Assembly: GCA_003141715.1 (NCBI GenBank)
Contig: PLNF01000025.1
Coordinates: forward strand, 8,011 to 72,010
Length of the DNA: 64,000 nucleotides
Direction: 5' to 3'
Origin: Bacteroidales bacterium
GTDB taxonomy: Bacteria > Bacteroidota > Bacteroidia > Bacteroidales > VadinHA17
Part shown: positions 8,887 to 17,512 of the stretch, in pieces
Layout: each line of letters opens with the position of its first letter
How positions within the stretch are numbered: the first letter of the stretch is position 1
Notes under the pieces: generated by a model
Told to the model about the DNA's origin: nothing
Database searches by the model: none
Seen by the model: the letters and a program-made list of their open reading frames with translations, nothing else
Program-made: the position numbers and the translations under genes

Positions 8887-10005
8887 TTATGTTTCTGAAA
8901 GCAAGTTAAACAAGTCAATATTAAGATAAATAGTTTCTTTCCCCACTTTCTTCGGAACCATAATTCCTAATTTCTCCATTTGTCCTAAATATTTCTTTGC
9001 TGTATTAATGCTCTTTATTCCCTGACCAATTAGTTTCTTTGGGCTTATATAAGGTTGTTCAAAGATCTTCTCAATAGTTTCTTTCCGGATATGCGGCAGT
9101 TTCAAGTTGATAAACTGGTTAGTCTTTTGAAACAAGTTGTCAATTTCATTTATTTTGTTTAAAGTGTAAATGGATGTTTCCTCAACAGCCTTTAGCATGT
9201 AAATGATCCAATCTTCCCATTTTCTTAAAGTAGTTACATTATTCAGTAAGGCATAGTAATCATCTTTGTTTTCAATTATGAATGCACTCAGGTAGAGAAT
9301 CGGTACATCTAACAGCTTTTTCTGAATCATTAGAAGAATGCTTAAAATTCTTCCTGATCGTCCATTGCCATCTCTGAAGGGGTGTATAGCTTCAAACTGG
9401 TAATGAGAAACTGCAAGTTTTATTAAAGGATCATATGAAAATTTAATGTCATTATTTAAGTAGTCAATAAGGTTATCTAATTTTTCCTGAATCACTTTTT
9501 CACCTCTTGGAGGAGTATATACCACTGTTCCTCCTAAAGTTCCTCTACCTCTTTTCTTAATAGTTGTTTCACTTTGGGCAGGACGGATCCCATCGTGTAT
9601 TTCTTTTATTTCCTGATAGATTTTTACCATTAATTCAATGTTAAAAATTCCCTTTTCAGTTATATCATTAAAGCCCTTCCATAATGCCTGGCGATATCTC
9701 AACACCTCCTTTGCATTCCCTTTTAATCCGGAATCATTTCCTGAAAGTGCTCTGTAAAGCTCATCATCGGTGGTGAAAATGTTTTCAATTTCAGTGCTGG
9801 CTTTTGCTTCCCTGAGCGAAATGGTATTTACTAACATTGACTGATTTGGAAGTCTTTTAGCCAGCCCTTTTAATTCTGCCAAAGCTCTGTTCGCTTTGTT
9901 TACTGCCTGTAATATTTCAATAGTGACAATTTTGTCATCAGGAGGCGGTAACAGGGGTAAATGATTGTAAGGTTCATTACGATCATATTGAATTTGATTT
10001 GACAT
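8887..10005 (-). CDS. Fic-family protein (class II, with internal inhibitory helix motif)
   Basis: Fic motif HPFRDGNGRSGR at 9349-9384. The upstream KASTEIENI fits the [ST]xxxE[GN] auto-inhibition motif. C-terminal winged-helix-like tail. Confidence 0.9.
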   Translation of the reverse strand: MSNQIQYDRNEPYNHLPLLPPPDDKIVTIEILQAVNKANRALAELKGLAKRLPNQSMLVNTISLREAKASTEIENIFTTDDELYRALSGNDSGLKGNAKEVLRYRQALWKGFNDITEKGIFNIELMVKIYQEIKEIHDGIRPAQSETTIKKRGRGTLGGTVVYTPPRGEKVIQEKLDNLIDYLNNDIKFSYDPLIKLAVSHYQFEAIHPFRDGNGRSGRILSILLMIQKKLLDVPILYLSAFIIENKDDYYALLNNVTTLRKWEDWIIYMLKAVEETSIYTLNKINEIDNLFQKTNQFINLKLPHIRKETIEKIFEQPYISPKKLIGQGIKSINTAKKYLGQMEKLGIMVPKKVGKETIYLNIDLFNLLSET

Positions 10006-10394
10006 GAAATTTCATTTTTGTCAAAAACTATATAATTATGACAAATATAGCTATATTATATCAAAATTCATTAATATTTGACATTTTGATGGAAATCCCG
10101 TCATACGTGACAGAACAAATGGCAATTGTCATATTATTGCATATTTTGACAGAAAAAAAATGATTATCAATAATTGAACCAAAGGCATGATAACTCAATT
10201 TAGTGTTAAAGTTGGCAAAAGGCGCCGGCCTTCGGTCGCCGAAGTCGACAGGCAAAGCCGACACTCAAAACCCGATGCCAATTGAAATTTACAGTCAGTT
10301 TGAAAGAAGTAATAATAAATCATAGTGGCAAATGATCATCCATGGTTACGGGAATTGAACAAAACTCGTATCTTTGACTTAACAATTTGTTGAT

Positions 10395-10709
10395 ATGAAA
10401 CGGACTTCAATTCTTGAAAATATTTCAAAGGCGATATACGAAAAAGATCCTGATGCAGAGGCTTTTCTTTTCGGATCACGAGCCCGTGGAGAAAATTATC
10501 CTGATTCAGATTGGGACATACTTATTCTAATAGATAATCTTGATATTACTAACGAGATTGAAGACAAATTCAGAGACGACCTTTATAATTTGGAACTTGA
10601 ATCAGGACAAATTATATCAACCTTTATATACTCAAAAGATTATTGGCAAAACTACCTGATCTTCTCCCCTCTTTATAAAAATGTTAAAAAGGAAGGTATC
10701 CGGCTATGA
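10395..10709 (+). CDS. MNT-type nucleotidyltransferase (antitoxin of a HEPN/MNT pair), copy 1
   Basis: FGSRARGENYPDSDWDILIL is the GSxxxG...DxD polymerase-beta-like NTase motif. ATGA overlap with the next ORF. Confidence 0.85.
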   Translation: MKRTSILENISKAIYEKDPDAEAFLFGSRARGENYPDSDWDILILIDNLDITNEIEDKFRDDLYNLELESGQIISTFIYSKDYWQNYLIFSPLYKNVKKEGIRL

Positions 10710-10891
10710 AGATTGAAAATAAAGACGAATATATCAAATATAGATTCCAAAGAGCGGAAGAATCGCTTGATGATGCTTTAATCGTGGGAGACTATGGAGA
10801 CCTTTTCGACTTTGATGACAAAATAGTTCTGCCACTTGTTGATCAAGTTAAAGATTTTGTAACAGAAATTAAAAAATTGATTGACCAATAA
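10706..10891 (+). CDS. HEPN-domain remnant (in-frame internal deletion of about 68 aa)
   Basis: 61 aa. Residues 1-25 align with residues 1-24 of the 129-aa HEPN at 11435-11824, and GDYGDLFDFDD... aligns with its residues 95 onward. The helical core between them is missing. Confidence 0.6.
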   Translation: MKIENKDEYIKYRFQRAEESLDDALIVGDYGDLFDFDDKIVLPLVDQVKDFVTEIKKLIDQ

Positions 10892-10933
10892 TAATAGCCG
10901 CTTAAGAGAATAAATGGCTGTACCGAGAAGAAG

Positions 10934-11062
10934 TTGGAAGTCCGAAGTCTGAAATTGGAAATCCCCAAGGTCAATGTTGTTCAGGCATTGTCCACATGGA
11001 ACATGGAACCTGGAACGTTGAACTTTGAACCTGGAACATTGAACTACTGGCACTTTAGGCAC
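10934..11062 (+). repeat. heptamer array B
   Basis: Degenerate units ttggaag tccgaag tctgaaa ttggaaa at 10934-10961. Core at 10996-11044: atggaac atggaac ctggaac gttgaac tttgaac ctggaac attgaac. Then the 9-mers tactggcac tttaggcac (11045-11062). Confidence 0.85.
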
Positions 11063-11114
11063 TTTAGTTCATTTTAGCCACTCCACACTTAGTTAAGTTT
11101 TATATATTTGCCAT

Positions 11115-11432
11115 ATGAAAACCAATAAATCAATAGTGCTTTCCAGGATCAAGACTATGGTCATGATAATTGATCCAACTGCAGAGGTTATTCTTTATGG
11201 TTCCAGAGCCAGAGGAGATGAGAATCCAGACTCAGACTGGGATATTTTAATACTCGTAAATTCCAAAACAGATTTAGATTATGAAAGGGTTTTCCGTCAT
11301 AGATTGTACGAAATTGAACTTGAATTAGATGAGGCCTTTTCAATTTATGTTTATAATAAAGATGAATGGAAATCAAAGTATTGGATGACTCCTCTTTATC
11401 AAAATATAGATAGTGAAGGATTAAGAATCTGA
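11115..11432 (+). CDS. MNT-type nucleotidyltransferase, copy 2
   Basis: YGSRARGDENPDSDWDILILV. A paralog of 10395-10709, with just under half the residues identical by eye. Confidence 0.85.
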   Translation: MKTNKSIVLSRIKTMVMIIDPTAEVILYGSRARGDENPDSDWDILILVNSKTDLDYERVFRHRLYEIELELDEAFSIYVYNKDEWKSKYWMTPLYQNIDSEGLRI

Positions 11433-11434
11433 CT

Positions 11435-11824
11435 ATGAAGACTACTCAAAACGATTATATAAAGTACAGATTTGATAGAGCATGGAAAACATTTGAGGAT
11501 GCAAAATCTCTTGCAATCCTTAAAAGCTGGAACTCATCAATGAATCGGTTGTACTATGCTTGCTTCTATGCTGTGCTAGCATTATTAACAAAAAATAATA
11601 TTAATAGCCACACTCACTCCGGTGCCAAGACTCAATTGTCTCTTCATTTTGTCAAGACGGGGAAGCTTGATAAGAAGTTTGGAATGCTATTTGGAGACTT
11701 GTTTGATCTCAGACAGAAAGGTGATTATGGTGACTTCTTTGACTTAAAAGAACTAGATATTATAACGTTGATTCCCAAAGTCGAAGATTTTTTGATGAAA
11801 ATTGAGACGTTAACTAAAGAATAA
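11435..11824 (+). CDS. HEPN-domain protein (putative toxin), full length
   Basis: 129 aa, helical. Carries the conserved LRQKGDYGDF segment. Starts 2 nt after the MNT stop. Confidence 0.8.
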   Translation: MKTTQNDYIKYRFDRAWKTFEDAKSLAILKSWNSSMNRLYYACFYAVLALLTKNNINSHTHSGAKTQLSLHFVKTGKLDKKFGMLFGDLFDLRQKGDYGDFFDLKELDIITLIPKVEDFLMKIETLTKE

Positions 11825-11861
11825 AAACACCTTTATCTTATCCTTTGTTAATTCTGCTGTC

Positions 11862-11921
11862 CCTGAACCAGGAACCAGGAACCTGGAACTTTGAACATGG
11901 AACACCAGTTACTTTATGCAC
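11862..11921 (+). repeat. heptamer array C
   Basis: cctgaac caggaac caggaac ctggaac tttgaac atggaac, then the 9-mers accagttac tttatgcac. Same orientation and same internal order as arrays A and B. Confidence 0.85.
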
Positions 11922-11938
11922 TCTGAAAATAAAAACTT

Positions 11939-14900
11939 TCATTTGTGAATCAGGAGTTTCTTTACTCCTATGATAATACCTTCTGAATACATTTCTACAA
12001 TATAAAATCCCGTCTTGAAGTTAACCGGAATCTGCAAATTATTGATACCGGCTGCAATAATATTATCATACATCAATTTCCCGGATTCATCTATGATCTT
12101 TACGCTGACAGGTTTAAGCAAAGGTTCCTCAAATGAAATATTAAAGAATGTCTGCGCCGGATTTGGGAACAGAATTATGTTAGTTTTACTGCTGCTCAGT
12201 TGTTTTTCCTGAGAATACCCATAAATTTTTAATTCTGAAATATGGTTCCATGTATCGGTTGCATTCCCATGACCTATTATTTTCACAAAGGAGTATTCAT
12301 TACCGGCAAATGAAGCAGGAAAATCAAATACCTGAAGATTACCGGAAAAAGAGCAGGATGCAGCATTTATCAGAACCGGATCCCATGTCAGACTATCCTT
12401 TGATGCATAAATATCAAAGACATCTCCGGTCTGATCATTCGGAAAAGATAACAGTAAATAACTTATTTTGAAAGGGCTGAAGAGACCGGATATTATCCAT
12501 TGGTCATCGCCTTTGGAAGACCATTGAGTTTCAGTCTTTCCATCAGCAATATTATTGGGATAATCCGGAGCAGAATAATTAACCGCTGCTATATTCACTA
12601 TTTTTGCTTCATCAAGTCCTGGTTTATATGGAAGAATAACTATCTGAATAGTTTTTGATTGAATTGCTATCCCGTCAGTAACTTTAACAATAAATTCTAT
12701 TGTATCTCTTGCGCTGACAACTGGTGCCAGAAATTGAATATCAGGATCAGTGACAGAAGAGATGGGCACGTTATCAGGAGAACTCCACTCGAAAATCAGA
12801 TTATCATTGTTTAAATCATATGTGCCTGAGGCATCTATTTCGCCAATAAATCCTGAATTACAGCTGGTTAAATAATTCAATACGATTACAGGAGGGTCAT
12901 TGGAATGACCTATATTATTTGTCACAGATTGAGCACTTATCGTTACTGCCTGGCCTCCGGAAGCTGTCTGTAACGGATTTGTGGCTGGTTTATTATAAGC
13001 GACGGTTACAACATCACCATTAACTGCCGGACTTGAAAGCGTCAACTGAACCTTTGTTCCGGAAATGGAAACTCCGGTAACGGTTCTGGCAACGGTATTT
13101 ACCCTGACTGTGAAAGCTGAAGCAGCAGGTACAATATTTGCAAGGCTCAGATTATATGTTATTGACAGCAATGTAGGAGTAGCATTCTGTACTACAGAAC
13201 TGGTATAAACCGGGTTTACAGAATTAACATTATTAGTCACTGCCTGAGCGCTGATTGTGGCTGCCTGTCCACCCGCAGGTGTCTGTAATGGATTACCTGC
13301 AGGCTTTGTATAAGCGACGGTTACAACATCACCATAAACTACAGGACTTGAAAGTGTCAACTGAACCTTTGTTCCGGAAATGGAAACTCCCGTAACGGTT
13401 CTGGCAACAGTATTTACCCGTACTGTGAAAGCTGAAGCTGCAGGTACAATATTTGCAAGGCTCAGATTATATGTTATTGACAGCAATGAAGGAGCAGCAT
13501 TTTCTATAACGGAACTGACATAAACCGGGTTGTTTGATATTACTAGAGTTGCATAACAACCAATATTTGGTGGATTAATAAAAGCTTTGCCCTCATAATC
13601 TGTTGTGATTCCGGGAATTGCGATACCTGCACCAATAGCAGGAGAACTTGTACTTAAATGTAAATCATTAGGTTCACTTATAAACTGAGGGTTAACAAGT
13701 CCGGGGTCATGTGTCTGCCATCCTAACGTAGATTTCATAGTAGCCCAACTAGCTCTCTTATAATTTGAGCCTGCATGTATTATATCTAAGTTATCATCGG
13801 CTTGATAAAATAAATTATAATCACAAAAAATCTCACTTAACGATTGCCCTCTACCCCCATCTGTCACAATAATTTCACATGCAGAATAATTCGCTGCATA
13901 AGAACATAACCCATAAAAAATATTGTTTTTTACAACAACACCAATACAACCATCAGATATATACAAGTGAGCATCTATTCCACCTGCTTCAGCAGATGTC
14001 AAAAGTGTATTCTGAGAATAGAATGTATTATTATAAACACTTACATTACTTGCATGGTCTAACCAAATACAGCTTTGTGATGAACCTGCCCATATATTAT
14101 CATAAATTTGAATATTATTTGTTGTACACCCCGAAGAATACGCTTTGACTGTACACATTTCATTAGCATCAAATCCATCAGCTACAGCATGTCTCGCAGG
14201 ATTGTCCCATATAAAATTTCTTCTTATAATAATATTATTAAAACTATTACCAGTTTCCGAATCATCGTTTACAATACCCACTCCTGATGAATGGTATCCA
14301 TCATGCAAATTATTATCCTCAAATATGATATTTGAAAATGTTAAATTATCAGTGCCCACTACATGGACTGAAGTATTTCTTCGTCCTCCATCATGAATTT
14401 CATTATTTTGAACGAGTAAATCATTTCTGCAGACTGCTAAATGATAACCTAATCCTTGTGCTCTACATCCCACATAACTTATATGACAATTTTTGATTGT
14501 TAATCCTGTCGTATTCTCCTGCGGATATTCAGTCCATACAGTTCGTGCTGAGGCAAATTGCATATCAATCCCATCTATTGTAATATATTGCTTATTATCA
14601 ATAAAGATGCAACTTGCCCTTGCAGGAACTTCAACAGAAGTATATCTTGAATTTGGGTCGGTAGGAGAATAGATATATATTTGGTTACTATTCCATGTCC
14701 AATTAAACTCTGCCGTCAAATTTGAAAAGTTAGATGTATATGTTTTCTTTGCTACCCCCCAAGTAACATTTCCGGGTGTTGTAACAAAAAATATCTCATA
14801 ACCATAAGTCGAGCCTCCACCATAAGGGAATGTCGGATTATATGGGTCAGTTACAGAAGTTGCAGAAACCCATATATTAGCATGCCCTTCGGCTGTCCAT

Positions 14901-15205
14901 GATACTGCTTGTGTTGAACCTAATATCAATGGATTAGAACTAGTTCCATAATTACCAAATGTAATGTAATTACCTGCTGCACCAGAAGAAGGGACTGTAA
15001 GTTGCTCTCTCCAAATACTGCCACGTTTAAAAAGGATAGAATCACCTGGTGAAAATGACCTTCCATTTATCTTAGATATGGTTGCCCAGGCAGTCAGATC
15101 TGTTAACCCATTTGCAGCATCACTTCCTCCGTTCTTAACATAATAGTTCGTGCCAGAAGCGATAGAACTAATCGTTAAAAACAGCATTACAAAAGCTTTA
15201 TTCAT
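11939..15205 (-). CDS. secreted right-handed beta-helix protein with 2 Ig-like repeats, PKD-like and F5/8-type-C-like domains and a T9SS C-terminal sorting domain
   Basis: Signal peptide. TNYYVKNGGSDAANGLT plus many N/D-rich beta-helix turns (NNIF.GN). Two 105-aa repeats. A discoidin-like NIADGKTETQWSS block. C-terminal ILFPNPAQTFFNISF...GFYIVEMYS...KKLLIHK is typical of the Por secretion tail. Confidence 0.8.
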   Translation of the reverse strand: MNKAFVMLFLTISSIASGTNYYVKNGGSDAANGLTDLTAWATISKINGRSFSPGDSILFKRGSIWREQLTVPSSGAAGNYITFGNYGTSSNPLILGSTQAVSWTAEGHANIWVSATSVTDPYNPTFPYGGGSTYGYEIFFVTTPGNVTWGVAKKTYTSNFSNLTAEFNWTWNSNQIYIYSPTDPNSRYTSVEVPARASCIFIDNKQYITIDGIDMQFASARTVWTEYPQENTTGLTIKNCHISYVGCRAQGLGYHLAVCRNDLLVQNNEIHDGGRRNTSVHVVGTDNLTFSNIIFEDNNLHDGYHSSGVGIVNDDSETGNSFNNIIIRRNFIWDNPARHAVADGFDANEMCTVKAYSSGCTTNNIQIYDNIWAGSSQSCIWLDHASNVSVYNNTFYSQNTLLTSAEAGGIDAHLYISDGCIGVVVKNNIFYGLCSYAANYSACEIIVTDGGRGQSLSEIFCDYNLFYQADDNLDIIHAGSNYKRASWATMKSTLGWQTHDPGLVNPQFISEPNDLHLSTSSPAIGAGIAIPGITTDYEGKAFINPPNIGCYATLVISNNPVYVSSVIENAAPSLLSITYNLSLANIVPAASAFTVRVNTVARTVTGVSISGTKVQLTLSSPVVYGDVVTVAYTKPAGNPLQTPAGGQAATISAQAVTNNVNSVNPVYTSSVVQNATPTLLSITYNLSLANIVPAASAFTVRVNTVARTVTGVSISGTKVQLTLSSPAVNGDVVTVAYNKPATNPLQTASGGQAVTISAQSVTNNIGHSNDPPVIVLNYLTSCNSGFIGEIDASGTYDLNNDNLIFEWSSPDNVPISSVTDPDIQFLAPVVSARDTIEFIVKVTDGIAIQSKTIQIVILPYKPGLDEAKIVNIAAVNYSAPDYPNNIADGKTETQWSSKGDDQWIISGLFSPFKISYLLLSFPNDQTGDVFDIYASKDSLTWDPVLINAASCSFSGNLQVFDFPASFAGNEYSFVKIIGHGNATDTWNHISELKIYGYSQEKQLSSSKTNIILFPNPAQTFFNISFEEPLLKPVSVKIIDESGKLMYDNIIAAGINNLQIPVNFKTGFYIVEMYSEGIIIGVKKLLIHK
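12902..13531 (-). repeat. two tandem 315-bp (105-aa) near-identical coding repeats
   Basis: The string gacggttaca recurs at 13001 and 13316 (period 315). Both peptide repeats read LLSITYNLSLANIVPAASAFTVRVNTVARTVTGVSISGTKVQLTLSSP... Confidence 0.9.
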
Positions 15206-15490
15206 GTGTACATTGTTTTGACAGACGTAATTTTTTCATTGACAAACACACGATATTAAACGACAATCCAGACTTTTTGTTACATTAATTTTCTTTAAAA
15301 TTATTGGCAATTTATGAATATAGTAAAAACCTCATTTAAAGACGAACCTATATGAAGGTAAACAGCAACTTTGAAATAATATTCAAGGATATAATATTCA
15401 TTTAGTTACTAAATAAAAACCCGGATAAAATTATCAGCGTTTAAAATTCAAGAGTAGATGAAAATCAGTTTCCCTGATAATACGAATTCT

Positions 15491-16387
15491 TCAAATTTTG
15501 ACCGCTTCCATATACATTACGAATTTATTGTCTTCATTATCAAAATAAGCTTCATTTCGCATTACAGGGGATGCACTTTGTTCCCTTGAAGAAAGATAAA
15601 TTGATTTAAATCCGGCAAGCCTCAGCATTCTCTCAAGCTTCTTTGCATTCCACCAGTTTATATGGTCCTGACGATGTTTTTTTTGTATTTCAACTGAACA
15701 TTTTGAGGTACAAAAATCTAATGCATCTTCCATCTTTTTAGTCTTTAAAAGATCCCGGAATTGTTCGTCAGTTATTCTTTCAGCTACACCATCGGGATGA
15801 ATTGAAGAAAGTTGCGATGCCACATGAAATAAAAAGGCTTGCTCTATAGAAACAGTTTTATCATTTTCAAACCAATAAAAAAAAGTCATATCATTATTAA
15901 AGTATGCTCTGTAATCAAGATCAATATTGGGTGTTGATATCCTGAATATTCCTCCGTTTTTAAGGATCCTGTGCACTTCACCGAACAGATATTGAGCAGC
16001 TGCATCAGTAATGGATGCAATTGTAAATCTTGTATGTACGAGTTCAGCTGCAGAAGTTTCAACAGGAAATGGCTCCATTGCAAGCATATCACAGAAAATA
16101 TCACGTTCCGGGTTATAGACAACTCCTTTTTCACCCAATTGAGCTTTATTCCATTGCCGGTCAACATCAATTTTGGTCCAGCAGGGATGATTCATTCCGC
16201 CTCCGAATCCCAGATATGAACCTGCTGAAATATTATAAAATCTTCTGTGTTTAACACTTTCTTCTCCATATAATTTTATGTATAATGGCAAATCATCATT
16301 TTTAATTACAACACGTTTAATAGTAAATCCAAAAAGACTGACTATTTTTTCTGCTATTTTTTTGACTGCATTCTTTATCTCTTTCAT
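15491..16387 (-). CDS. class I methyltransferase-fold protein, paralog 1
   Basis: FYNISAGSYLGFGGG...HPCWTKIDVD and EVHRILKNGGIFRISTPN resemble MTase motifs I and post-II. More than half the residues match the upstream paralog by eye. Confidence 0.5.
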   Translation of the reverse strand: MKEIKNAVKKIAEKIVSLFGFTIKRVVIKNDDLPLYIKLYGEESVKHRRFYNISAGSYLGFGGGMNHPCWTKIDVDRQWNKAQLGEKGVVYNPERDIFCDMLAMEPFPVETSAAELVHTRFTIASITDAAAQYLFGEVHRILKNGGIFRISTPNIDLDYRAYFNNDMTFFYWFENDKTVSIEQAFLFHVASQLSSIHPDGVAERITDEQFRDLLKTKKMEDALDFCTSKCSVEIQKKHRQDHINWWNAKKLERMLRLAGFKSIYLSSREQSASPVMRNEAYFDNEDNKFVMYMEAVKI

Positions 16388-16391
16388 AGCT

Positions 16392-17258
16392 TTAGTTTTT
16401 AACAGCTTCCATATACATCATAACCTTAATATGTTCATTATCGAAATAGTAATTATTCCTTAATACGGGTGAAGCACTCTGTTCCGGAGCTGAAAGGTAA
16501 ACTGTTTTAAATCCTGCAAGACTAAGCATCCTTTCATATTTTTTCTGGTTCCACCAGTTGAAATGATCATACCTGTTGTTTTTATGAATCTCTGGAGAAC
16601 ATCTGGAGACACAGTAATTTAAGGCATCTTCATAATTCATTGTTTTTAGAAGCTGCTTAAATTCTTCATCACTGATCTTTTCTGTAGAAGGGCCATTATA
16701 AAGAATAGAAACCTGAGTAACCACATGAAACAGGAAAGCCTGTTCTATTGAAATACTATCCTCCAGCCAGAAGAAATAATCTTTATCATTATTTTTATAT
16801 GCCCTGAAATCAAGATCCAGATTTGTGGATACTATTCTGAAAATGCCTCCTTTTTTAAGGATCCGGTGAACCTCATTGAAAAAATACTGAGCAGCCTCAT
16901 CGGTCAGACGATCAACTGTAAAGCGGGAATGGACCAACTCAGCTGTCGCAGTCTCAACAGGAATCGGTTTCATTGAAAGCAGATCGTGTGAAATATCAGA
17001 CTCCGCATTATATTCAACCCCTCCGGGGAAATATTTGTCATTTTTCCAGGGTTTATCAACATCTATATTGGTCCAGCAAGGATGGTTTATCCCCCCGCCA
17101 AAACCTTTAAAAGCGCCAGTTGAAATATTATAAAATTTGCTATTCTTAACACTTTCACTGCCATAAAGATCTATATATATGTCCGAATCATCTTGATTCG
17201 TGATTTTTTTAAGCTCAAATCCTAGATAACTGAGAAATTTTTTAAAGATTTTTTTCAT
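16392..17258 (-). CDS. class I methyltransferase-fold protein, paralog 2
   Basis: Collinear with paralog 1 (HPCWTNIDVD, EVHRILKKGGIFRIVSTN). Only 4 nt separate the two ORFs. Confidence 0.5.
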   Translation of the reverse strand: MKKIFKKFLSYLGFELKKITNQDDSDIYIDLYGSESVKNSKFYNISTGAFKGFGGGINHPCWTNIDVDKPWKNDKYFPGGVEYNAESDISHDLLSMKPIPVETATAELVHSRFTVDRLTDEAAQYFFNEVHRILKKGGIFRIVSTNLDLDFRAYKNNDKDYFFWLEDSISIEQAFLFHVVTQVSILYNGPSTEKISDEEFKQLLKTMNYEDALNYCVSRCSPEIHKNNRYDHFNWWNQKKYERMLSLAGFKTVYLSAPEQSASPVLRNNYYFDNEHIKVMMYMEAVKN

Positions 17259-17512
17259 AGACGTAATTGCAATTTGTTAATCTTCAGCATTAAAAGTTTT
17301 AAGGTCTTAAAATGCCTAATATATTCATTGTTACAGCCCGATATTCTATTTATTTATGAACTATCAACCAATAAATAAATGTTAATAGCTAATAATCAAT
17401 ATTTAAATTAGCAAAAAGATCAACTAACTAATTTAGAATTAATGAATCTTTGAAGTGTCCCATTGATGCCAAACAAAACTCTTGATTATTAGTCAGCCAA
17501 AGAAAATGAAAC

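Noticed and set aside
10061-10264. 67-aa minus-strand ORF
   Set aside because: No recognisable motif and no plausible start context. It is driven partly by the GC-rich hairpin island, so I treat it as non-coding.
10778-11062. 94-aa minus-strand ORF (PKVPVVQCSRFKVQRSRFHV...)
   Set aside because: It runs through heptamer array B and overlaps the HEPN remnant. Its odd repetitive peptide is a by-product of the 7-nt repeat, not a gene.
8839-11921. Possibility that the short tandem repeats are a CRISPR array
   Set aside because: The units are 7-9 nt with no spacers. The arrays are only 37-129 nt long, and no cas genes are present.
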